Assembly (NCBI RefSeq): GCF_018977255.1
Contig: NW_024704747.1
Location: 27,962,001-28,026,000, forward strand
Direction of reading: 5' to 3'
DNA length: 64,000 nucleotides
Origin: Callorhinchus milii
Lineage: Eukaryota
The position numbers and the translations under genes were made by a program. Below the pieces are notes generated by a model that saw only the letters and a list, made by a program, of their open reading frames with translations, had not been told where the DNA came from and made no database searches. Shown piece by piece: positions 38,601 to 50,228 of this stretch (position 1 is the stretch's first letter; each line of letters starts with the position of its first letter).

Positions 38601-41600
38601 ATTGCAAAATAGCCCTCACATGCATTTTCCTCTCACCGTAGTCATTATTGATTGGATTACAATTAACTGCTCTACTGTATATAATTTGACTTCAGTTTGG
38701 TTTCCTTACCAGAGTGCTTTGTTCTCATTAGACAAGACTACAGATATAATAGTACTCCTTATCTTTGATATAGCGCCTTATCACGTGGTTAAGATGTCTC
38801 AAAGCATTTCACAGGATCTACCGTAATGTGGATTAACTGTAGGTGAAATGCAGCAGTCAATTGGGCCCAGCAATGTCTCACAAACAGCCACAGAGTGAAT
38901 GACTATATAATGGGGCATGTAAGGGGCTATTATACGTCACATGTAATCTGTATGTGAAACATGTGCACAGAGGGAATTACAGGTGCCTTTAATTATGACA
39001 TTTCAGTAAAGCGGTGCCCTAGATGTTAGGTGAGGATAAGAGAGACTTGGGTGCGATGCACTCTATGGTAAAGAAGCCCTTTGAAACCCACTGTCTAAGT
39101 TGAGATGCCGCACATTTATGACCTGTCACTGTCTAAGATTGACATTGTATTATTGCATTAGAAAAGAATAACTTCAGTCATTAACTGTTCTGATAATCTT
39201 TCAGTAGGCTACTATTAGATAGGCTTCAGCTATTTTTAGATGTCTTATAACTTGAAGGAACTGACAAAGAACGTATCGGTAATCCAACACTGTAGGCCCA
39301 GTTGTTTCACTGCAGTGTTGAAAGCCTTCCTTCTACTTGTGTGCTATTTTGTTAAGCGTAACGGTGCCATTACTGCTGTTTAATTCCACGCTGGGCTGCA
39401 CTGACAAGACTGAATGAACTACAATCGATTGATCCTTAATCAAAAGCCGCCAGTTTGCTCAAAAGAGCAGTTCCTTCTTCGGAGATAAATTATTGATGTG
39501 ACTCTGGATCATTTGATATGAAAAGGAAAAAAAAGTTACATTAGCAGCCAAGGAATATATAACGGAGTTGATTTGTTTGAAAAATCAATGTGACACATTG
39601 TTGTAAGGACATGATGCAGTATTTCATTCTTAGTAGGGTGTTCCTTGCTCTATGGAAACTTAGGTTCCTCAGATATTTAGGGGGCAAATGGAAATCTCTG
39701 GTTCCTGGTAATAATCTTTCTTTTCATAACTAATATTTTGAGGGTATGAGGCATTTGAGGTCAAAAGTGAAATATTTGGAAAGCCGGTTCAAACAAAGTC
39801 TTGATTGTATCTGAATGCTCTGGAAATGCATGCAGCCTAGAGTACGTCAACCCTAATATCTTGTGGTGTCTACTTTACCCACAGCTGGATTCATGGAATG
39901 TGCAGTTTTATAAGGAGGAGTTGCCCATTATTAGGACCCGTTTCGATTTCAGACTTCGATTTCGATTTCTCACCCCAAGCCATTTCCCTCGTCTCTCAGA
40001 AACCAACTAAATGTGACATAAGATTATCCTACGACCCTTATATATCTTACATAATTCGCAAAATATTAAGGAAGATAATTAATTCACATCTGGATTACGT
40101 CAGATGTATAGACTAGTTCCGCATCCTCCTGAAAATGCTCCGTTACTGTCAAGCACTCTGGGACACTACCCTGCATGAGGGGCGCTGTGTGAAGGCAAGT
40201 TGTTGTTGTTGTTGAATTCTTCTTAAACTCACATCTGGTCCAGAGGTGAGAGACGATCCAACTGAATGTTATCATTCAGGTCGATACCATTTTGTTTCAA
40301 TTCACCCGTTTGGGATTTGGTCTAGCAGAACGCTCGAAAATGAACACAAGACTTTTTATTATCTCTTATTTTAAAGGACGTCAGTCCAGTCATACGAAAT
40401 GTTTGAGTAATTAAAGAAGCTGTAAGCTGACTATAGAATCAAGAGTGCAAGTGGATCTAACAATACTTTCTGTACCAGGGTTCACTCACCATTTGTGCAA
40501 ATCAATAACCTCTCTACTCATATACGTTTCACTGCAGATTGCTGTTTGTACCCAGCTGTGTCTATTTTAGGTGTTTGCTGTAAAATGTAGAATATGAATT
40601 TTCAGAAAAAAAATAAAAAAATGAGGTTAAGGTTGCAATCAATACTAACCATTCTGGTGAAATGACTTGAAATTGCCTGTTCTGCAGGCTGAAAAGAGAT
40701 TGCCTTACACTTGTTCTTGTCATAGCACAATTAGGGCTTGAGAAAAGCCAACTGGTTGCCAAAGTATGATTTCTATCCAATTTATCATGATCTCATCCTC
40801 AGGAAGTGAAATATTGATGATTGCAGCAACTGTAGGGCAGTCGGTCAATTATATTTTTCAAATGTTGGCAATTTGTGTTTCAGCTCAGGAGTGGTGATTA
40901 CTTGGTACACTGTAATAAACAGTTACTGTATATAGTAGAGAGTACCGGTAACTCCTAAAACAAAACCTTTAGTTACTCTCATCTCACCCATAAAATACAA
41001 TCACTTTACAGTAAATACTGTGAGGGCTTTTGAAGACATCCTCCCACGTCTCAAATATATAGAATGTTCACTATATACTGTAGATACAAGTTGTAGAATT
41101 TCCCTCGTTTCAATTTACTTAAAAAATATGAGATCTCTTTCTATTTATACCACTGTGAAAGACGCAATATGTTTTACAGGATATTGCTTTGTAATTGGAA
41201 ACAGTTTAGTGAAAATCCGACTTCCAGTTGGAATTTCCTTTTTATAATATTTCACAGGATAATACTGTATTAGGAGTTTATAGCTTAAACCGTGATTGCA
41301 AATTAGGATAGTTGGCAACACTTACACTTTTTTGCCTACTTACACGGATTGTAGATTAGTTTTAAAACATTCAGTGTTTGAGCAAAATCAACCACTAAAC
41401 TCAGTCTAATATAATATGGAAAAACACAAAGGGAAATGCTATGGCTGAACACACTGTCGAATTCTGCCTGAAATGTTTTCTGATATTCTCCGTGACACAG
41501 TATTTGACTTGTTGTTGCTCAAAGAATACATATTTTATCCGATTCCTATTTAAATTCCTGGCCAGAATAGGACTGAAGGATGAGGATTATTTATGTGGGT

Positions 41601-42664
41601 AATTACATATGCCTTCTAATTTTTTTTATATACCAATGGGTGATAAATCAATAATTTAATAAATTTAACTAAAAATCAATGGCATATTGCAGCAAAATAT
41701 TTGACCGGGCGTATTTTATGTTCTTACACCTGGTAAGAAGCATTATGTTTGCATTTTAACCATATTAGGTTTTTGTGAAGGCCTTCAATCAATTTGAGAA
41801 GCTGAACTCTGTGGGAATTTAGTTTGGAAGCAATAACAAAAGAAATGGTAATTATCAGATCAATTTTCTTTACACGCTATTCATTTTCCTTTCCTGGTTT
41901 GTCTAGGTTGGGATATCTGAAAACATTAGAGTGAAATTAGTTCACGTTCTCGGCTGAAATTCTTTGAATTCTTTGGGCTGTTTGGGATTTACTGTACATG
42001 ACGGGATGCCACAAAGGAGGCCTCTGACAGACAATGGCTGTTCTGCATGAAAAGCAACTATTGATGCCTTCAAACCCACTGCATCTAGCAAAACAGTAGC
42101 TGTTTTATGTTTGTGCTGATGGAGCCTGGCACTTAAATTGATCATTTTCCAACATCCATCCTGGGAGCAGAGTCAGAACTCCAGCTTGCAATTGCAGACG
42201 TATTTTGCTCCACAGTCAGTGTATTTTGTGGCTTCAATTTAGGGCAATCAATGTCTAAGATGAATGTCCGAGCACTGGGATGAACTCAATTAATTAGTCA
42301 TAGCAGCACAAACCAAATCCAGTACCATAACTGGAAGAAAGCAACTAGTACGTGATTTTTTTTTTGGTCATATTTCTTTTCCTGGATTTTACATAAGTTA
42401 TATGCTTGTCGCTCATAAAATGGACAACTTGCCATTTGGGTGGTGCAAGGCACTCTGAGGCCTGCAGTGCAATTGGTTGCTTTATGTTGACTGTTGGCAG
42501 CAAGCCCTGGCTGACATGCTGATTTGGCTCCTTGGGTTGATTATGCTGTCGTCATTTTGTGCTCAGCCCTGTGTTTATGTGCAGGAACAGGAGAGTGAAA
42601 GGAGCAGTAAAACCTTTCACTATTTTCCATTAATATTTCAGCAACTGTGAAGGTGATTCAAGGT

Positions 42665-42745
42665 CAGCCCAGCTCGTTGATAGCACTTTCAACCCCGAGT
42701 CAGATGGTTGTGGGTTCAAATCCCACGTCTGGACTTTGAGCTCTT
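42665..42745 (+). mobile_element. tRNA-derived head of a DeuSINE-like element
   Basis: GCTCGTTGATAGCAC..GAGTCAGATGGTTGTGGGTTCAAATCCCAC..GACTTTGAGC provides an A/B box layout. Confidence 0.6.
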
Positions 42746-42875
42746 AGTCTAGTGTGGGGTGGATCGCACTGAGCCAAAGGCCTTCTGGTTGTTTTATAAA
42801 AGCTCATAATAATAATATAAATGCAGCATAAAGTGATAGTTCAAGTGACAGCACTTGAGGCAACCCTTTAATAGT

Positions 42876-42977
42876 TATAAAAACAGAAGTCGCTGGGAAC
42901 ACTCAGCAGGTCAGGCAGCATCTATGGAGAAAGGAAAGTGAGTCAACCTTTCGGGTCCACGACCCTTCGTCAGGACC
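42876..42977 (-). mobile_element. Short Penelope-like (pLTR-derived) element with hammerhead core and candidate 8-bp TSD
   Basis: Closely similar to 18846-18925. Flanked by TTAATAGT at 42868-42875 and 42978-42985. Confidence 0.65.
42941..42977 (-). ncRNA. Minimal type-I hammerhead ribozyme-like motif (degenerate stem III)
   Basis: Minus strand reads GGUC-CUGACGA-A-GGGUC GUG GACCC-GAAA-G-GUU-GACU. It has both conserved core boxes, a perfect 5-bp stem II and a 4-bp stem I. Confidence 0.6.
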
Positions 42978-44519
42978 TTAATAGTAATTACAGGTGTGAT
43001 AGTCTGCTGCCATTGATGGGGCAAGAAGCTGGATTTAAAACATCCCGTCTTGCTGGTGTTCTACAGCAATAAAAGCTAAATCATTCGAATTCTATCTAGA
43101 AGTACAATCCCGGTTGGATTCGCAATTCGATGGTCGTTCCACCCCCAACACTTTAAGAACCTTTCCAAAACCGAGCAAGTCCATTTATCATGGTGATATC
43201 ATACCTAATTAAAACGCTAGTTTTACATCATTTGAAAATGTAAATCACCAATTGCCAAACTACATTTAATGGATCACTCAAGCAACGCAAATCAGTTATT
43301 CTTTACAAAAAAATTTTTTCGCTTCCCTCTGAAAGGCAGGTTGCATTAATGTATGCTGAATTGAATTGAATTTTGCCCAATGTGGATAACCGTGATTACA
43401 ACCTAGACTTTAGTCTAATTTAAATGCCATTAATGGCAGTCACACACGCAGAGTGCTGTGCTGTTTTGTTTGACAGTGATGTTGCTTTCGTGCAGGGCTA
43501 TAATTGGTTTGTTGCTGTTCCCACTGAGGGTAAGGTTTACGTTCTTTCCTGTTACACTCCCCTCACCCGGCCTCAGCAATTCCAATTAACAACTCCGCTG
43601 TTTCAAGTCTGTGAAAAGGATGGCCTTGTAATTTTATGAGCTGTAAAACGCTACAGTAAAAACATTGTCCTTTTCCCAAGAAGCACAGTTCTTGGCAACG
43701 GTTTACCTGTCTTGCTTAACTCTGTCCTCGCCAATATAATAATAATCCTTGCGTTTAATATGGCGCCTTATCACGTCGTTGAGACAGCAACAACAAAATT
43801 AGATTTGTATAGTGCCTTTCATGTCGGGAGGACGTCTCAAAGTGCTTCACCGAATACACTGTAAAGTGAATTGATTGTATATTTTGTGGGCAAAACACAG
43901 GAGCCAACTGGACACACTGGGAGTGAACATAGATGGGTTTGACTGGCCTTAGGTTGAACTGGAACTGAGCAATCCTAAGTGTGAGCCCTTCAGCCGTTCA
44001 TGCAAGTCTCAGATTTGAGCAAATGAGGGTTAACACAGGTCATTAAATTGACCTGAGTTCAAGTGAGATAGAAAGAGAGAGAGAGAGAGCATCAAGTAGT
44101 GGCTCGCAAATTCAAAATAATGAACATGCAGATCGTTCAGCAATTGCAGTCTGAGAAAGTTTTAACAACTGATTTGACCATCTTTCATGCAAAAAGGCGC
44201 GGAAAATTAAAATTATATTTTTTTAAAAATGCCCTCGTGCTCCCTGACCTTCCTTACTGACAAGTGGCATGTCTTATATTGGGTAACGGAGGATAAAAAA
44301 TAGCCAATAGATAAAAAAATATTTTATCCTTTCAGAAGCAATTTTTGTTCCCAGTTCCCGCCCGAATCTGATTCTAATACATTCTTGCAAAAAATGTGGA
44401 AACTTCCTCACACATGAGGTGTTTTTACCAAAGATGTGACTGTAAAATATATGTTAGCGTTAAAAGCAAAGGCTAGCCAGCACTCTGTGTGTGTATGCCT
44501 TGGGACGTCCTCCCGACAT

Positions 44520-44655
44520 GAAAGGTGCGATACAAATGTGATCTTGTTGTTGTAATCACTAATAAGATGACAAATATTGAATTTTGAGAAAGGTGCGATA
44601 CAAATGTGATCTTGTTGTTGTAATCACTAATAAGATGACAAATATTGAATTTTGA
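44520..44655. repeat. Perfect 68-bp tandem duplication
   Basis: GAAAGGTGCGATACAAATGTGATCTTG...AATATTGAATTTTGA occurs at 44520-44587 and 44588-44655. Confidence 0.95.
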
Positions 44656-45319
44656 ATATTGAATTTTTCCCCTGTGGAACTTATAAACTCTGCAGGTGTG
44701 AGAGAGTTGAGAGATGCTTCAAATATGGCATAAATTTCACACTCAATATACCTCAACCCAAGTGTTTTATCCAGCAAACATAGCTTTATTATTATCTGAA
44801 GTTTGTTTTATTTCAGCGACTCCAAGCATGAAGGAATCATGTCATTACTTCATCTCTCCGGAGGATTCAACTCACTGATTTCACTCTGAACACACCATTA
44901 GACCCTAGAAAAATCTTATTCCATGGCGTTCATTTGAAAAATGCGCTTTTTTTCTATTTTTAGAAGTAATGATTTTCTCTAAGTGATTCTTTTTTAAAGC
45001 CGTCATGATCCGGGTGGTGATCTTTGCATTCCTGAAATAAGTCTGGTGGTCTATCACTTAGCCTTAACTCTCGGCACCTCTCTCTGCTCCGGGAGGAGGG
45101 ACTGTGGGATGGAGTTCCATAGAGTGGGGGCAGAGAAGCTGAAGGTACTGAAGCTTGAGGCTAAGAAATCTGACATCCAGTGCCATGAAAATGGCAACCC
45201 TGATAGGTAGGCCATACTTTTGTAACCTTGGGGTGGGTGGGGTGGGGTGTGGGGGAGCTATACAAATGCCTTTTGACAGAGGTAATTCAGAAAGTGAATT
45301 GTAGAAAAGAAAATAGTCC

Positions 45320-46048
45320 CAACAACAACAACTTGGATTTATATAGTGCCCTCCACACCGGATGGCGTCTCAGAGCGCTTTACAGTAACGGATCCCGGGG
45401 CCGAGCCAGGCGGAGGGGGGGGGCGAGCCGGGGTGGGGGGGGGGGGGGGGGTTAGTGGGAGGGGGGGGGAAGGTGACCAAAGGAGCGGTCGAAAAGAAAG
45501 GTCTTCAGCAGAGACCTGAAAATGGGAAGGGAGGGAGCGAGACGAAGGGAGTGAGGAAGGGAGTTCCAGAGCCTCGGGGCGCAGTGGCTGAAGGCACGGC
45601 CACCGAGGGTGGAGTGGAGGATTCGGGGGACGAAGAGGAGGCCAGACCCGGAGGAACGAAGGCAACGGGTACTGTTTTGAAGAGAGAGGAGGTCAGAGAA
45701 GTCGGGGGATGCAGAGGAGTGCAGGGACTTGAATACGAGGGTGAGGGTCTTGAAATGGATCCTCTCTGGGATAGGCAGCCAGTGCAGTCCTGCCAGGACT
45801 GGGTGGATAGGGGAGCGGAGTTTGGGGGTGGGGGGGGTGGGAGGGCAAGGACTGGGGGGATCGGGGAGTTGGGTTTGGTGCGGGTGAGAATGCGGGCGGC
45901 AGAGTTCTGAATGAGTTGGATTTTATGGATGGCAGTGGATGGGAGACCGGCGAGGAGGGCGTTGGAGTAGTCCAGCCGAGAGGTGACAAAGGCATGGACC
46001 AGGGTTTCAGCGGCTTTTGGGGAGAGGTATTGCCTCAATAAATGATGC
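45320..46048 (-). mobile_element. L2-clade LINE 3' fragment (ORF2 C-terminus, 3'UTR and (GTT)n tail)
   Basis: Minus strand gives [44 protein letters not shown], then in another frame [27 protein letters not shown]. These are diagnostic L2 ORF2 motifs. The tail reads AAGCGCTCTGAGACG..GGCACTATATAAAT..GTTGTT. Confidence 0.92.
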
Positions 46049-49000
46049 AAAGTTAATAATTAAGATTATATTCAAATGTCAGTGCCCAAGCCTGATGGTA
46101 TGAAAGTATAAAATGTGAATATAACAAAGTGCTACCTGCATAACCAATATCTGTAGGTACATAGAGTAGGAATTTACCCACTCGCTCATCGAACTTTGTA
46201 CATGAGGTTAATTATTACAGGACGAATAATAGTTAAGAAACCCAGAACTCCCAGGAAACAATCTTACGTCGAATTTAAGTCAGAATTTAAGAAAGTTTCA
46301 GGACCTTTGCAAGTCTCCTGATTCACGGCTAAAGCCGCTGTGCTTCCCGGCCCGTGATCACCTGATCAGAACTGAATAGAGCTTCTCAGTGAATCACTGA
46401 ATCTTGGCTCCTCTCTGATTTCTCATGCCTCGCTTAACCACTGGGGCGAGAAGACGCACAACACCGACTGCAATTCAACTGGGCTGAGGTGAAAGCTTTT
46501 TTCCAACAATTTTAAAGATGTCACCCAGCCAGTGTTCCACTGACCTACTATAAAGCAAAGGCAGTGACTGTGTGTCAGCTCCTCCGTAATGCAATGTGGC
46601 ATTTTTAGGGTACGAGTGCATTGTGGCTGCAGCATCTGAACATTTCACATCTGCTTGATTGCGTCCGCACTGAAATATTTAAGCACTTGGATATGGCTTT
46701 TGCCTGCTTTTTTTTTTCCAGCGCTTAATTGAAATTCAACCATAGGAAGTCCCGGGAGACGTGCATTGCCTTTTGAAGCTGTGAGACTGAAGGGAAAGGT
46801 TGTAGCTCAGTGTTTTAGCCAGCAGCAAACATCTGCGCTTAAAATGGAAGTGCCCTGCGCGTTTGCACTCAGCTCCTTTAGCCCATCTTTGCCTGTAATA
46901 ACTTGAATAGCGAGTCTGCTCTCACATCGAATAATGTGGGCCACAGCAGCGATGCAGGTAAAACACTGTACATTAGTGTTTCCTTGTAACGTACAAAAGA
47001 GCTTCTTCCTGTGAGTTTAGCCTTCAGCTGCCCTGCCAAGTCCCTCAAGATCATTCATCCATAAATCACAGGTCATTGCAAAGTGCTGACTTTTTTACAG
47101 TACAGCTGAATACTGTACTGACTCGAGTTACATAAATCTGAAAATATTTATCAGGTAATGCAAAGTAGATGTTCCTTTAACCAAGTTACCGTATTTATAT
47201 GTACTATATGTGGAGCAGGTTTCGTGCAAATTATTTTCCGTTGCGTTGCTTTTATTTCCAGTGCAATGCAAAATGCAAAGTTTATCTTTGAGGAATGTGA
47301 TTCCACACTGCGGAGATCAAAGGCACAGCACAATCCACGTGAAAGAGTTGCACTTTGAATTGTAAATGTGCTTTCATACGTGTTTCATCTGTTCCGTTTT
47401 TCTTTTATCCAGCTGAAGATGTACTGGCATGTAGTTCTAGGTCTGTGAGACAGATCACATCCCCCCCTAATCCAGTTTAAAACGGCATGACTATATTTCC
47501 ACAATCTTAATCCCTCGGTTTAATTGTATACTTGTTCCCATTGGGAACAGGGGGCAAGTTTCTGAATCTTACGTGGTGCCCTGCAGGCTTTTTTTTATAA
47601 TCAAGGGCAAACATACAAGGGCAAATCATTTAAAAAAAACACTATTGCACATACGAAAGATTATTGTGCGTAGGTACAGATAGTCAGTTCTCTCGTTTTT
47701 GTACTGTACTTGGATATTCTGCAGAATATGCCTTTTTTTATATAGAAAGCTGACACTTTGCCAACCAGTGAGCAATGAATTCTATAATCATAATAATAAT
47801 CCTTGCATTTTGTATACCGCCTTATCACGTCTTCGAGACGTCTCAAAGCGCTTCACAGAATATACTGTAAAGTGAATTGACTGCATATTTTTGCAGGTGA
47901 AATAATAAGGCCCGAAAATGCAAACCATCTGAAATAATATCGGGCTGTAAATGAAGATTGTGTGTACTTGAATTGAAATAAAAAGGCTAAAAAGGTGAAA
48001 ATAAAAGCGGAACCATTCAGTGTAATTTGAAGACAAACCGAGTGTGATGCCTGGAGTTCCGTTGATTGGAAGGTGTTGGGAGTCTTTTAAAGGCTAACTG
48101 CTCTGCTGAATATAGACTGGAAACGCAGGGGGAGATTAAGCACAATAAATGTAAAGGTGGTTACTTGTGATTTATCATTAACGGTTCTGTGGACATGTTT
48201 AATGGTTCCGCCGTTGACACCTTCCAAATGCTATAAACCCCACCTCATCAACCAGACCTACAGTCTAGCAAATTTATTATTTTCAAGTTCCCATATTTAT
48301 CCATAAATAAACGCAATGAATATTTTATCGTGCATCCTGTCAGGACCCTAATTTTAATGTTTGTAGCCGGAATCCCAGAGGGTGGAGAAAAATTCTCAGC
48401 TACTAGCTGGTATGCAGGCTACGTGTCAATGGCTTGAATTGGGTATTGTTCCTTGTTCTGTGAAATACTGTATATCCACACAGTTAATTAAAATAATGTA
48501 ATGATTATCTGAAGGGGCACATTATTATACAGCATGAACTTAAAACGAATACACGTGGTAGTTAAATCAGTAACATCCAGTGTCTCTGTTAACCTGGGAT
48601 ATGGGGTCCTAGGGTATAGATTTCCTCTGGGATGTGATCCATGTCTTTTCCGTACCCTCCCCACCCCCCTTCTCTTCCCTCCCTCCTGATGGTCAGGTCC
48701 TAGAACTTTGGAGGAGCACAGTATCATGTACTGTACAGTCATTTGCCTTTTCTAGTACAATTGGCTGCCGCGTTTCGCCCACAAAATATACAGACAATTC
48801 ACTTTACAGTATATTCTGTGAAGCGCTTTGAGACGTGTCAACGTCATTCACTCTTGCAACTTCTGACATTTGAGCGGAGGTCCAATAGATCATCAATGTG
48901 AGAGATCACCTGTGTGTGAGTGTGTGTGTGAGTGGAAGATTTGATTCTTGCTGATCCGTTTACACATCGCTGCACACGAGACCCTCTTGTGCAATGAAGA

Positions 49001-49608
49001 CATGCCAGCTAGTAGCACAGCATATAGGGGTGGGTGCCAGGCACTGCGCAGAGATGAAGTGACTTTGCTTATTCTCGCTGAGCTCCTGGATTTGCTGCAC
49101 GACTGTTGAGATGTTGAGAAGATGACTTGGGGATGTTGAGCAGATGACAGCAGGAGGGAAAAGAGACCGGAATTGTTCACAGCCACTTTCAAAGTGATCG
49201 TGTTGGTGATATGGCGGACGGGTTTGTCATGGCTTTGAGACATAAGAACATAAGAATTTGCTAGACGAAACAAGACCAAGGTCGTGTCCCAAACTAAATA
49301 CTGTCTCCCAAGTTATTATATTCCTACATCCTGGAGGACACGCTGAAGGGATGGGGTGGGAATTTTCCATCTTAAAATTGAAGAGAGCGAGTACCCTCAA
49401 ATTATGTCAAGTTATGGGTTGTTTGATGTGAAAGATCTTCGCAGTAATTCACGTAAAATTCAATTCAATCGTAGAACCGGAACTTAACAAACGAAGACTG
49501 GGATCTGTAATTGCGGCCTTCGAAAAGGCTCTGTCAACTCAAGTTTATTTTCAAAGCTAAAATGATCACTGGCAACACAGTGATTTGGGCGTGGAAGGCT
49601 GCAGATTG

Positions 49609-49892
49609 CAACAACAACAACAACAACTTGCTTTTATATTAACACCATTCACCCGGGCCAGATCTCGGAGCGCTTAACAGCGGCGGAGCCTTGACACTGA
49701 GTCGGGGGGAGGGAGGGGGTGACCGTAAGCATGGCCAAAGAGGAAGGTCTTCATTCGTGATCTAAAAGAAGGGAAGGAGAGGTGGTGGTGGGGTGGGGGA
49801 GGCGGGGGGGGGCAAGGCTGGGAGGGATTGGGGGAGAGAGTACCAAAACTTCGGGGCGTAGTGGCTGAAAGCCCGGCACTCACCATTCGGGA
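49609..49892 (-). mobile_element. L2 3' fragment
   Basis: (AAC)n tail, a RMKTFLF-like end, and homology to 45320-45610 and 13111-13446. Confidence 0.85.
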
Positions 49893-50164
49893 CACGGTGA
49901 GCTGCTCATTCAGTTGGGTTGCTGGGGTAAGACACTGAGTGGAGCTGACGTATTTTCCCAAAGGGAGGGATAATGGTGGGTGAGTCCTGTCCTCGAAAGC
50001 GCTTTCTTGTGACTGGTTCGAGAGTGCCGCTGCCAGGGGCTGCCTGCCAGCCTGCCTGCTCTGCAGACCTCAGAAGGAGACAGAAAAGAATCAAAAGTGG
50101 CTGCTTCAAACAAACTTGGAACGTAACTGGGGATCGGTGTCTTTTGGGGTTGATTGAACTTTAT

Positions 50165-50228
50165 TAAGCGCTCCGAGACGCCGTCCGGCGTGAAGGGCGC
50201 TATATAAACGCCGGTTGTTCGCGTTGTT
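50165..50228 (+). mobile_element. L2-type 3' tail; similar short tails at about 4876(-), 13627(+), 17368(-), 36937(-), 40150(+), 44497(+) and 56750(-)
   Basis: AAGCGCTCCGAGACG..GGCGCTATATAAACG..GTTGTT motif. Confidence 0.7.

Larger units (their letters stand above)
16846..49326. mobile_element. 3'UTR-only fragments of the same CR1 family (summary span)
   Basis: Copies at about 16846-16915(+), 17608-17710(+), 21869-21984(+) and 49240-49326(-) share parts of GGAAATAATATCTTGGGATACAGTATATAGTTTGGGACA and CCAGGATGGTGGAAGGCAAACTGGA. Confidence 0.8.
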
